Shown here: in pieces, positions 35,425 through 48,179 of the stretch
How positions within the stretch are numbered: position 1 is the first letter of the stretch
How the letters are laid out: each line of letters starts with the position of its first letter
DNA from: Phyllosticta citribraziliensis
Taxonomy: Eukaryota
NCBI RefSeq assembly: GCF_038025025.1
Contig: NW_027117338.1
Span: 2,108,001 to 2,172,000, forward strand
Length of the DNA stretch: 64,000 nucleotides
Reading direction: 5' to 3'
Made by a program: the position numbers and the translations under genes
The notes under the pieces: model-generated
Databases searched by the model: none
Seen by the model: the letters and a program-made list of their open reading frames with translations, nothing else
What the model was told of the DNA's origin: nothing

Positions 35425-38400
35425 ATGGATTCCCAAGACAGCTCGGTGCGCCTCTGCCCACTCGCTCTCCAATTTGAGGCCATGCTAAGAAGTGTTGCAA
35501 TAGAAGCCATCCGGCATTCGCCCACCAAGCAAGCTTCCTGCGCCGGCGGGAGGTCTCCCTCGAACCCTCCAGGAAATATCCGCGTCCGATAACAACATGC
35601 GCGCATTTCCAAACCCCTCAAGCCTCGTGCCCTCCAAGAACAAGGCCTCCGGCCGTACGTATATGCCAGTCCAGCAACAGGATATTCAGCAGCTCATGCC
35701 GACTACAGTACCGGAGCCGGCCACGAAACGACAGGCATCCGGAGAGATCAAGTCCAACATTGCGCCTCCAAGGCCAGTCAATAGCACAGTCAAGGCTACC
35801 ACCGCAACGGGCGTCCGTTCGTCCAAATCATCATCGGTTTCTGCTCCATCGACTCGCTCTCGCCAAAACTCGACCCCCTCCTTCGCCAGCAGCTACTCCC
35901 ATGGGGCCAGATCTACCAAAGACAGTCGACCGCACACTTCCATGTCTAGGCACCGTTCTCAGACTCCTGCCAACCGACCGGCGACATCTATGGATAACAA
36001 CAACTCCTCTTCTGGAGGAAAGCGTCCGCAGGGTACAGTACCGCCTTCTCTTTCAACGTATACTGCTTCGAGTTCCAATCCTTCGACTTCCAAGCACAGT
36101 CTTCGCAGAGCACGCAGTCAGGATAGCGGCATGGGCCAATCATTCCACACATATGACAGATCAGTTTCAGCGCATTCTTTTCAGCAACCCCATTCTGGTC
36201 GACTTGTTAAAAAGGCTTCTTGGGATGGTTCGATGGGCTCCATGGAACCTTTTCGCTTTGCGCAGGCTCCTGGATCATTTGATACAATCCCGGAAGATCC
36301 TGAGCCTCCTGCGACCCCTTCTCATATTCCGCGTCTCCAAGTTCAACCCGTTCAGCATTCTGGTCCCTTTGATTCTCAATCATCAGCGTTTTCTCTTGAG
36401 CAAAGCCAGGCCCTTCATTTTCGTTCAACTTCTCCTTCGAAGACCCCCAAGACGTCTCCTTGCAAAGATGTTACGACTCCATTTCTGAACAAAGACTCTA
36501 ACTTGCGTGCTCCACTTCCAGCTTGGGATACCAAATCCCGCCTCGACGAGATGGAGGCCCTTTACGGCGAGCTTCGGCAACAGATGACATCCACGGCGAA
36601 CGAGCGCGAAAACATCGAAGAAAAAATCGAAAATCACAAGGCCAAGAGTATGTCTCTTTCAATCATGGACATTCGATGTGCAGTTTTTGAGCTTGTTTCC
36701 ACGCGATACATGACGACCAGAAAAGGATTGAAGTTAACCCTGGATTTTTTGATTGCAGTCAACGAACTTGAGGCTATCCGATCCCAACTCTCGTCCAAGA
36801 ACGACACGATCCGCAGCGAATTAGAGTCGACAAGGCTGAAACTCTCGCAAACAGAGGTTGCTCTCGAGAGCCTCAAGAATTCTCACAGTTTTGAGCTCAA
36901 AGACTTGAGAAGGCAGCACGAACACGATGTCAAAGACATGCAATTTGCGCACGAGCGTGAGGTCACAAAATTGCGCCTCGAATCGGACAGAAAGGCGGAG
37001 GAGCTGCAGCGGAGTCTTAACCATCAGACCAAGGACGTCAAGAACGAATATGAGGAAAGATTTGCAAGTCTAAAGAGGGATATGGAGGCCCAGCTGGATC
37101 AAGAGCGGCAACGACGCGTCAAGGAGGTGTCGGAGTTGCAAACACAGGCGGAACTCCACGCTCAGAATGCTGGCGTAGATATGGAAAAGAAAGACAGGGA
37201 GCTCCTCGACCTCCGCCGCGAAACCGAGCAGCTCAAGGCCGACATCGAGCGCAAGACTACCCTGGAGAAGAATTTGCGGGACAAGCTTTCAGAGTCGACA
37301 GCAAACAACATGACGCTCGAATCGGCAAATAGCGCCATGAGGGCCAAGATTAACTTTCTCGAGTCTGACAGCCAGGCACAATCTACGGCTTTTGCGGAGC
37401 TCCACAAGCGCATGCAAGAAGCCGTTGATGCAGCTGAAGAGACAAAGGCCAAACTTCGTGAAGAGGAGACCCTTCGACGTAAGCTGCACAACCAAGTTCA
37501 AGAGCTCAAGGGCAACATTCGCGTCTTTTGCCGTGTTCGTCCACCGGCGGAAATCGAGGCTGCAGAGGCTGCTGAGATTGCTTATCCTGACGCTGGAAAG
37601 GACAGCAAGGAAGTTGTCCTTCAGGGTCCTGAGCAGAGAAGCGCCATGGGCAATGTGACTCGCTCCACGAATCCCTTTTCTTTCGACAGGGTCTTTGGTC
37701 CAAAGTCGCAGAATGGAGAAGTATTTGAAGAGATTTCCCAGCTTGTCCAGTCCGCGCTCGATGGATACAACGTCTGCATCTTCTGCTATGGCCAGACTGG
37801 CTCCGGAAAAACGTACACTATGAGTTCACCAGACGGCATGATTCCCCTCGCGGTCCAGCAAATTTACAACACCGCGCAGGAGCTCGAAGAAAAAGGCTGG
37901 CGCTACAAGATGGAGGGCCAATTTGTCGAAGTGTACAATGAGGTTTTGAACGACTTGCTCGGCAGCGCGGAGGAGTTTGACAAGAAGAAGCACGAGATTC
38001 GGCATGACCCGCAAAAGAAGAGCACCGAAATCACTGGCGTCACATCAGTGCCTCTGGACAGTCCTGACAAGGTGCAGTCGATGCTCTCGAACGCCTCGCG
38101 TAACCGTAGCGTCGCTGCGACCATGGCAAACAGCCGCTCTTCGCGCTCCCACTCCGTCTTTATTCTTAAACTCAAGGGCGAGAACTCGATTACTGGCGAG
38201 CGCAGCGAAGGCACCTTGAACCTCGTCGATCTGGCAGGTTCTGAGCGTCTAAGCCACTCGGGAGCTACCGGCGACCGTCTCAAGGAAACGCAAAACATCA
38301 ACCGCAGTCTGAGCTGCCTTGGCGATGTCATCGCTGCGCTGGGCTCGGGCAAGGACGGCACGCACATCCCGTACCGCAACAGCAAACTCACATATTTGCT

Positions 38401-38607
38401 GCAATATTCCCTCGGCGGCAACAGCAAGACCCTCATGTTTGTCATGATCAGTCCTCTGCAGGCGCACTTGCACGAGACTTTGACCAGTCTGAAGTTTGCT
38501 ACCAAGGTAAGGCTCACTGCGCAAATGCTGGTTTTCGTAGCTGACATGTCTAGGTGCACAACACGCACATTGGCACGGCAAAGAGGCAGGCCAAGGTCAA
38601 GGAGTGA
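35425..38607 (+). CDS. klpA: Kinesin-14, C-terminal minus-end motor (KlpA/Kar3); introns ~35446-35503, 36648-36758, 38507-38553, plus optional 36033-36521
   Basis: Neck LRRKLHNQVQELKGNIRVFCRVRP, P-loop GQTGSGKT, switch motifs SSRSH and DLAGSE, and a long coiled-coil stalk. Confidence 0.96.
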
Positions 38608-40642
38608 ACCTCTGCTTAAACTTGTACCCACTCAGACGAGACCCGTCGCGCCTCGATTATCTGCGCGAGACATACTGTACAGAATCCGCTCCCAAAAGAG
38701 GACCAGGACTTCCGGCACAAAGGTGAAGAGTCTTGCTTTCTTGTCTCTTTTCCTTCCATAGCGAGACGACACCTTTCCTATTCCCAGCTCGGCCCCAGCT
38801 CGGCTGGCCGGCCTTGCAACGGACGTTACTTATGACCGGTGTCTGAGGTGTTTTGGCGTTGATTTCTTCTTACTTTGCTTTTCTATTCTCTTTTAACTCT
38901 TCGGGCTTGGCGCCTCTTAGACGCCGCGCCTTGTCTATCCAGTCGTGGCGCATGTTCGTCACCCTGGCTGTCTGCACTTGGAAATCCAGACCAAGCTCAT
39001 AGGCTCGGGTATCGCGACGATGCAGTATACGATTCCAACCCTTTCTTCCGTCATGCCTTGGAGCAGTCGGACGGGTTGTTGAGTGGGCGGTTTTCTTGGT
39101 CGGATTATTTGGATTGGAGTGTACTGGGTTTGGAGGAGTAAGGCGATGATGGGAAGGGCCTGGGGCTGGAAAGGGCGCGGATGGAATCGGGATCTAGGGT
39201 AACGCTGCGATTGAATTGAATTGTTTGATCTTGTTGTACCTATTGACCAATGGGTGGTGTCGAGAACCGGGGTAAGATTTGGTCGAAGGCAAATTGAAAA
39301 ACATGTTGCAATGCGAATCGATTAGAGAGAGCAATATAGAAGGGCAAATTACTGTCCAACTTCGTCGAATTCATAGGCTTGGAAGCACGTTAGGGGAATC
39401 GTATTCTCTGGATGAAGGATGTACCGTTTTGGATGTATGGAGTGCGTCTGACTGAAATATGAAGCTTGGCATCTGGAAAGTAAAGGACGTCCTCCCCTTG
39501 GTTCCGGATTCATCTGCTTCGATTGGAATCAGACTCGAGTATCCTTCTGCAGCATACTGATTTTGCATTTGGGAAATGTTCGCACAAGTCAACCTCTTCT
39601 GCGGCTCCATTTGACTTCTTGAGTTGTAACGAGCTCTTCAGCTTCCTTGCCGCCAAAGCATTCCCGTTTCTTGGAGCACTTGTGAATCAGAAACTCCCAA
39701 TGATATCTGAATGGTAGATTAAAAGTTAAAGAGATCACTCAACGATCCATCCCGCGCGATGTTTGTGGGTCGGCCTAGGATTGACAGACCTGCCTAATCA
39801 GGCTAGCGTTGACGACGGTCTCATCTACATGATTTCTCTCCGCAACGCGTCTCGTCGTGCTGCGACTGATTGCCATCGTCAAATGCAGCTTTTTCCGAGC
39901 TTCGTCGGCCGAGTGCTAGAAGATTGATGCGGTCGCTTAGAGAACACAGGGGCTGAAATCGTTGTTGGGGAAACGCTCGGTGGGACGGGTCGGCAAGCGA
40001 GGCTAGAGATACGCGAGTACGCGAACAAGACAAGCGAGTCTGGAGTTTGCTCTGATGCGCGAGGTCGGTCGCAACGCCATCTTCAAGCCAGGTTACAGGT
40101 GGCAAAGCATGTGTGCCGTTGTTTGTGAGCAACGGGAGGTGGCGTGGAGAAGTGATGTTCAACTACAGGATATTCCACCTTTCGAATACATGGACTGTAC
40201 CCGTTCCTATGCAGCGAAGGGAGCTACGGCTCGATTGAGTGAGCAGGGAACAGTGATATGCCCCGAGAACATTGTAAATTGTGGAAAGCCAACTCAGGGG
40301 GTCATCCATCTTGCGCACCTCCTTTCGAATCGATAACCCATGTACATACGCCGTGAGATAAGCCTTTCAAAGAAACCTGGCCTTCTCAGCATCCGTCACG
40401 CGTGCTTCCGCAGCCGGAACACATGGTCCACAAAGTTCTGCGGGTAGGTGGACAAAAAGGGGTCAAGGGGACCTGACTTGCGGATTATGCGCCACCCCTT
40501 GATCCTGCAAGCTTTTCCTCTTGCCCCAAGGTTCTTGACGATGTCTGAAATGCTGGGAGAGGTATCGTACCCCGCAAAAATAAGTGGAAACCAAAACAAA
40601 TGAAACTCAAAAGAAATAATCGATCTTGCTAGATCAGCTTCC

Positions 40643-40740
40643 TAGTCCCACCGAGGATCGAACTCGGGACCTTTCGCGCTCCACTAGGCTATCAGAAACC
40701 CGGTTGTGAAGCGAACGTCATACCACTAGACCATAGGACT
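40643..40740 (-). tRNA. tRNA-Val(CAC) with a 26-nt intron (40679-40704)
   Basis: Acceptor stem AGTCCTA/TGGGACT, D arm, anticodon stem TTCGC/GCGAA with loop TT-CAC-A, T arm CCGAG-TTCGATC-CTCGG. Mature length 72 nt. Confidence 0.95.
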
Positions 40741-42663
40741 TGTTGAAGAAAGAAGCAAACTAAACCTAATATGAAGTGTGCTAACTTCAAAAGTTGAGAG
40801 CTTGGGGACCCATGGGAAGCTTTCCCGGCCTTCCTAGGGTTACAAAGAACTCAGGAGGCATCAAAAGTGTGTGCAGGGACTGTGTAAGAGAAGGTAACAA
40901 GTCTTATTTTGAAAAGTATGGGTTTGGTGGGCACCAAGGGGTTTTTGGAATTTTTTTCTACTAGAGTGCAAATGTGACGCTACGAAACGCGTGTGGGCCG
41001 ATGCAAAACCACGTCTGCTATCAAGCCCATCTGAGAGTCCATCAAGAAGGCCATACATCCGAAAATATCGGAGACAGCCCATTGGGTCTCCCGGGGATCA
41101 GGGGGTTGAAAGGGGCCGCCACACTTCGCCGCAGCTCAACACTGCTACTTCGGCCCTATAATCTCTTGTCTGTTCGAAGTGTACAATGCCGATCCCAGAA
41201 AAGACCGACGAAAGTTCTTTGGCCGCTCTCCCACATCTTTACTATAACGAAGATTCCCTTAAGCCAAATTCAGTGGTTCCAGCCAATTTGACGATGGCAA
41301 ACCGACCCCGAGTTGCTACAGACTCGAGATTTGATCCAAGTGATACAACTTGATCATTCTTATTTCTTGTATACCCTCGGCCTTTAGTGGCAATGTGTCA
41401 TTCACTTTTTTTCTCACCCTCCGACGGTGTTTTCGAGTGGAACTTTGATCGAGAGGTCAAAAACTTATAGCCTGTAGAATTACCGCACAGTGAAAGTCAC
41501 AGAGCTTGAGCTAAACCATCGTGATCCAGACTGCTGAAATACGTGCGAGCGAGCTAGCGCTGCGAGACAATCGGTACAGGTAGTCGACCATTTACCGCGC
41601 TAGCCAAATGAGGAAACTCAGGCACTAACCCGCGAGGACGACCTTCACGCAATTCCAATCGCACTGTGAATTCGTTTTGGACGAGGGCAGCTCATGTTAG
41701 CGTTCAATGAGTTTGAGGTAGCTGTTAGGTCTGACTGCAGCTTCTCCATTTGACCTGCATGATCTATCCACCTTGAGGTTCTCCGAGGGTTTGACCAAAA
41801 CATTTCTGATTTTCACTCAGGATATTCCTTACTTACCTTTTCAATAGGTCGACTGGTCAACTAAATGTTTCCACATTCTAGTACCAGTATAAAATTTCTA
41901 GATCATGCAACACCAGTCGCGTCATAGGCCATCGCCAGTCTACTATACTCCCCGACCGACATGATTCTCCCGGAATCCATGCTCATTGAGCAGACCAGCG
42001 GCAAGCAATTCCCGGATTACGATTGGTCTTCTCCAAGCGCAAACCATATTGCAACTCTTTCAACCAGCCAGAGGTAAAATGACTCTACGACGTGTCCCGT
42101 CGTGACTGATGAGATTGGTCATTTCCTGCGAGCAAGTTTGTCGCCCAAGCACCAATGAGCTCGTACAAGACTGCGGGCTCCAATGGGAGATGAGCCGGAT
42201 GAAGAGCAGCCTCGGAAGATTGCATCAATTGGCTCCGTGGCTCTGGAGGATTCAATAAAGTGTACCAAGCCAGCGGATATGCTGCAAAGCAGCGGCTCGG
42301 TAAACAAACATGGCGGCCGGCAAGGAGCAAAGAGCAGAGTCACCGGTACAGGGCCGCTCACCGACAAGAGGTTCAAGGGTGAAAACAATGTACCGATTCC
42401 GATTGTTCCGTCCTCAAGTGGAGCAAGCTTCGACTCATCCATTGACCAATATGAAGCTGCATATACGCCCTGCATGAGACGGATCCACAGCTCTTCGCAG
42501 ACGTCTGGACAGGGTTGAATTTGTTTTTGCAAATCGCCAACACAGCAAAAGCAAGCGCATCTTCAGCAAATCCTGCACCAGATGACTGAGAAAAAAAGCA
42601 GACAGCAAGTGGAGCGAGGGGCCAGGTGGTGTTGACTGTTCGGCGTTGGGGAATGTCGAGGTT

Positions 42664-42673
42664 CCGATACCGG
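42664..42673. promoter_or_regulatory. Leu3/LeuB-type CCG-N4-CGG site upstream of ILV3
   Basis: CCGATACCGG about 200 bp upstream of the ILV3 ATG. Confidence 0.55.
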
Positions 42674-42868
42674 GGACGCAGCTAGACAAGCTCCTGCACT
42701 AGTCCACACAGGGCGGCCAAAATAATTATCTCGACAGCCATTCGCTGAGCTGCTTGCCGCAACCCAAACTGCTGCTGCGAAATTTCTGAGGACGTCAGTC
42801 GACTCATACCTACCATTGTGCATACAAATTCGCCGAGGGAGCTGCTGTTGTTGTAAGACACAATTGAG

Positions 42869-44760
42869 ATGCTGCTCCCAAAGCTTGCTGCTGCCGCGGC
42901 GCCGGCGCGGTTGACGCGGGCTGGCAGCTCGCAATGGCGGAACATGTCAGTATTCCACCTCCAGCACAACTCTCTCTCATGTCCAATTGACTCACGCCTC
43001 GCAGCCGCTCCCTCTCCTCGACCGCCCGCCGATATGAAAAGGACACCGCCCTCAACAAAGTCAGCCGCAACATTACGCAGCCAAAGTCGCAGGGCGCGTC
43101 GCAGGCCATGTTGTATGCCACCGGGATGACTGAGGAGGACATGAACAAGGCGCAGGTTGGCATATCGTCCGTCTGGTACTCGGGAAACCCTTGCAACATG
43201 CACCTGCTGCAGCTCAACAACGCAATCAACAAGAGCGTCGTCGAGGCTGGCCTGGTGGGCATGCAATTCAACACAATTGGTGTCAGTGACGGCATTTCCA
43301 TGGGCACAAAAGGCATGAGGTACTCGCTGCAGTCAAGAGACTTGATTGCCGACTCGATTGAGACGGTCATGAACGGCCAGTGGTACGATGCAAACATTTC
43401 GATCCCCGGATGTGACAAGAACATGCCCGGTGTCCTCATGGCCATGGGTCGCGTCAACCGGCCCTCGATGATGGTCTACGGCGGCACCATTGAGCCCGGC
43501 TGCGGCCGCATGCCCAGAAACCCCAAACTCGACATTGTCTCTGCTTTCCAAGCGTACGGTCAATTCATCACTGGTGAAATCAACGAGGAGGAGCGCTTCG
43601 ACATCATCAGACACGCCTGCCCCGGCGGTGGTGCTTGCGGTGGCATGTACACGGCCAACACCATGGCCAGCGCCATCGAAGTCATGGGTATGACTCTGCC
43701 GGGCTCGTCGACCAACCCTGCCGTGTCCAAGGCCAAGCAGCTCGAGTGCATGGCTGTCGGCAACGCCATCAAGAACCTCCTCAAGGAGGACATTCGCCCC
43801 CGCGACATTCTTACCAGGGAAGCATTCGAGAACGCCATGAAGCTCGTCACCATCACCGGCGGCTCGACCAACGCCGTCCTGCACTTGATCGCCATTGCCG
43901 ACTCGGTCGGCATCGACCTCACGATTGAAGACTTCCAAGCCGTCAGCGATTCCACGCCCTTCATTGCCGACCTGAAGCCGTCTGGCAAGTACGTGTTTGC
44001 CGACGTCTACGACATTGGTGGTACCCCATCGCTCATCAAGTTCCTCCTCGCCGAGGGCGTCCTTGATGGCAACCAAATGACGGTCACGGGCAGGACGCTC
44101 AAGCAAAACGTTGAGAAGGCGCCGTCTTTCCCCAAGGACCAGCAAATCTTCAAGCCTCTTTCCAACCCCATCAAGAAGACTGGTCACCTCCAGATTCTGC
44201 GCGGCAGCCTGGCGCCAGGAGGTTGCGTCGGCAAGATTACGGGCAAGGAGGGCCTGCGGTTCGTCGGCAAGGCGCGTGTTTTCGACGCCGAGGACGACTT
44301 CATCAAGGCGCTGGAGAGGAACGAGTTCAAAAAGGGCGAGAAGACGGTGGTTGTGATCCGGTACGAGGGCCCCAAGGGCGGACCGGGCATGCCGGAGATG
44401 TTGAAGCCCAGCTCGGCCATCATGGGCGCTGGACTGGGCCACGACGTTGCGCTCATCACGGACGGACGTTTCAGCGGAGGTTCTCACGGGTTCCTGATCG
44501 GCCACATTGTGCCAGAGGCGCAGGTTGGCGGGCCGATCGGGCTCGTCAAGGACGGCGATCAGATCACCATTGATGCCGAGACGAGGGTGTTGGACCTCGA
44601 CATCAGCGAGGCGGAGATGGAGACGAGGCGGAAGACGTGGGTTGCGCCGGCGCTCAAGTACAACAAGGGCGTGCTGTTCAAGTACTCGAAGCTGGTCAAG
44701 GATGCCAGCTCGGGGTGCATAACGGACGCGCCCGACGAGCCGGCCAAGGTGGAGGGATGA
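42869..44760 (+). CDS. ILV3: Dihydroxy-acid dehydratase, mitochondrial; one intron at ~42946-43003
   Basis: [53 protein letters not shown]. Confidence 0.97.
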
Positions 44761-45511
44761 GGAATCTTGTTTACTGTCGGTTGAGCTGTACGATTGAGGC
44801 GTTCATGGGCGGGCGGGGGGGCAGGATGGGAAATGTTTCTATTATAATTCATCAGAGCAATCACCGGTGTGGTGTTGATCCAAATCTCTTGGCGGTGGCA
44901 GCAGCCGAAAGGCAATTTGCAAGCTTATCTGGAGCTTGGGGTCTGGAGCGCAGGTTACGTACCTCGTACCGGTGGTTGAGGGTCAGGAGGGAGCAGGGCC
45001 GGGCGGGCGGCCGAAAGCAGACGGGGTCGGTGCGTGCAGCAGTGTCATTGGGCGTCGAGGCCCTGTAGCCGCCCGGCTTGGAGTTGATGGCGCCCTGGCT
45101 TGGCCATCGCGACGCGACCGACGGCCCGCAGCGGCACGCTATTCGACCAAGAGTCCAGGGTTGATTCGTTCGATTCGATTCGAGCCGCCAGCATGGAGAC
45201 GCATGATTGAGTACCAACTTGCAGACTGTCGGTCTGCAGTCACTGAGAGATTCCTTCTCCGTCTCCGTCTCCCTACTGTACGTGCCGGCACTGTTGTCCG
45301 CTCCACTCGTCGCTCGCAACCACCTCAGCGCGCCCACGCCCACGCCCGCCCGAACCCAACACCCACGCCCACGCCCTCGCCCACGCCGCGCCGCTCCGTT
45401 ACCAACATCCACCCCCCATCCCACCTCATCTTCTCACGCTCTTTTCTTGCCCTGTTGTTTCTCAAACCTTTGCATCCCCGTCCCGCGCGCCCTGGCCACC
45501 ACCTGCACACC

Positions 45512-45678
45512 TGCCCTGCTCTGCCCTGTCCTGCCCTGCCCTGCCCTGCCCTGCCCTGCACCTGCACAAGCTCGGCGTCCATGTCCGCATAGCACAACGC
45601 TGGCTGTACCGCACCGCACCGCACCACGTCGCCACGCCTCCCTGTTTTTTGAACAAGTCGCTGCGCTGCTGGCTGCCG

Positions 45679-45709
<31 letters not shown>
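45512..45709 (+). repeat. Microsatellites (CCCTG)n and (GCT)n upstream of the phosphatase gene
   Basis: Read directly: about 9 imperfect CCCTG units at 45512-45558 and about 9 GCT units at 45681-45707. Confidence 0.85.
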
Positions 45710-45710
<1 letters not shown>

Positions 45711-46159
45711 CTTGGTCGTCCAGCGTTTCGTCACTCCCATCGGTGCTGTCTTTTGGTGGTCGAGGGCTGCCGTGACTGGCTGCAAGACTCATTTCGGTTA
45801 GCCAGCTTAGCCGTCGTCTCTCACTCTCTCGGAGCATCCCAGCCTCTCCCAACTTCCCATTGCCTCGCGCAACCCACCTGGCCATCCCGTCTCAACTCCC
45901 AAACATCGCCCTGCACCGAGCCACGACACTGCCGGCCCGAACCTGCAGCCCAGGACAGCTGCCGCAGCGAGCGCGACACGCCTAACCGCCGTCCATTTCG
46001 CCCCGTCCTCGACCTGCTGCCTCCGCGCCGCTTGCTGTTTACGGAAGCGTCATTACTCGACGCCCACACCTCTTCACGCGACAAAGCAAGGAGCACTTCC
46101 GTCAACATTCCCTCAAAACTCCCGGAGCCTCTCGACACTGACGCTTCCATTCGCCCCAC

Positions 46160-48179
46160 ATGAGCCAAGAAGCTGTGCGGTCGTCGGCAGATCCGTCGCC
46201 TGCGAGCCAGAAGCCGACGGTCAACGACAACGGCCAGGCCGTCGCGCCCCAGGCCAACAACACCTCTGGTATACTTTTCCCCTGTCCTGCTGCTCAACCA
46301 ACACTCAATCCCACCTCCGCCACCAAACTCTCTTTCATTACTAATGGCCCCCTCCCTAGCTCAATTGGCCCCTTCCTCTGCTCCCGTCGCCCCCTCGACC
46401 GACGCCCCCGCGACAAACAATGCCAGCGTAGCCGCCGACGCACCCACACCCCCCCAGGCCTCTGCCCAAGCTCAATCCTCGCTCAACGTTCCTCCTGCCC
46501 CTGCCGCCAAACCCGTCGAAGGGGCCTCTGCAAGCGCGACTGGACTGAGTGGCGCCACCGTTGGCGAGGGCGCCGAGAGCCTGGGAGCAGGGTCAAAGAG
46601 GAGTTTTTTGGGCAAGAGACGGCCTGGGAGCACCGCCGGCAGCAAGCGCTCAAACAAGCCCAAGGCTGCGACGACCGAAAAGGCCGCTGAAAAGGCACAG
46701 ACTTCTGGCGAGGCCGGCTCTGGCCCCCAGGAGCAGCCCAAGAAAAAGGGCGTCAGGAGAATACTTTTGATCCTCAGCTGCTGCGGCTCCTCGGACAAGG
46801 CGGGCAACCATGAGCCAGAGGAACCCTCAGAGGCACCCAAAAAGCCCGCCAAGCTGCGCTCCGTCCGCAAGACTCAGCCAAAGCCGTCTGCTCAAAAGGG
46901 ACCAAAGGACGTCAGTGCTGCCGAGTCGAGCACGGCAGAGTCAAAAGAACAGACTGGCGAAAAGGAGAATGCTGGCGAGGGTCAGGCCTCTACGGCCGGA
47001 AATCTAGCAAGAGATGGGCTCGATAGGCACGGGGATTCTCAGGCGGACAAACCAACCCAAGAAGCTGCAGCAGCCTCGGAGCCTTCTGAAAACAAAGAGA
47101 CATCTGGAGCTACCCAACCGGAGCGTCTCGATATCGGTGCCGCGATGGCTGATTCCAGTCCTCAAGTCAATGTTCAGGCGCCTACCCCCGTGGCGCCCTC
47201 GGAAGAGCAAGCCATTGCTGACAGGACGCCAGAGCAGGCGGCGCGGGACACGGACATTGAAATGACTGACGCTGGGCCATCGTTACCGCTTGCCGCCAAC
47301 GAAGTTGCCGCCGTCCCCGAGGACCAAGCTGTGCAGCAAAGAGACGCGACGCCAACGAGAATTGACCTGCCACCTCCCCCGCCACTTGCAGACCGCCAAG
47401 CGCAAACATCACCTCCTTCTGGCTCCACTCCACAAAGTCATGAGTCGTCGGTCGCTGTAGGTCCTACCGACCAACCACAGCAAAAATGGCTCCTCCCGCC
47501 TGCCAGGCCCGAGTTCAAAGGAAAGAAATGCCTGGTTCTGGACTTGGATGAGACACTGGTGCATAGTAGCTTCAAGGCAAGTTTATCCCATTTGGTACCC
47601 GCTCTATACTGACTTTCGCAGATCCTCCACCAATCCGACTTTACCATCCCGGTTGAAATTGAGGGGCAGTACCATAATGTATATGTCATCAAAAGGCCCG
47701 GCGTCGATGCTTTCATGAAGCGCGTTGGTGAATTGTACGAGGTTGTCGTTTTCACTGCATCCGTTGCCAAGGTAAGACAATTGGAACAAACCGCTGCGGC
47801 TCCGTCTGACTGTCTCAGTATGGCGATCCTTTGCTCGATCAGCTCGATATTCACGGTGTCGTTCACCACCGACTATTCCGGGAGAGCTGCTACAACCACC
47901 AAGGAAACTACGTCAAGGTGAGACCTCATTTTGTATCGCTTTCAATCGGCGTGCTGATTGCATCAGGACCTTTCCCAAGTCGGACGTGACCTCAAGGACA
48001 CCATCATCATTGATAACTCGCCTACCTCGTACATTTTCCATCCCCAGCACGCGGTACCGATTAGCAGCTGGTTTTCCGACGCACACGACAACGAGCTGCT
48101 CGACTTGATCCCAGTACTCGAAGACCTCGCCGGCTCTCAGGTCAGCGACGTCAGCTTAGTGCTCGACGTGGCGCTGTGA
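46160..48179 (+). CDS. PSR1: Psr1/Psr2-like FCP/SCP (NIF-domain) HAD phosphatase, 5 exons including GC-AG intron 47577-47621
   Basis: [16 protein letters not shown] (DxDxT), [36 protein letters not shown], and an internal SCCG palmitoylation-type motif. Confidence 0.93.

Noticed and set aside
39778..39789. AGGATTGACAGA resembling SSU rRNA
   Set aside because: Only about 12 nt match and the flanks are not rRNA-like.
41486..41668. CACAGTG...CACTGTG pair as a third MITE copy
   Set aside because: The inverted match does not extend past 7 bp, the flanks (ACCG vs AATT) are not a TSD, and the 33-bp repeats are absent.
43333..44505. Long antisense ORFs opposite ILV3 (also opposite eIF3L, the ZIP genes and HAT1)
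   Set aside because: Expected shadow ORFs of strongly C/G-ending codon usage; no independent motifs.
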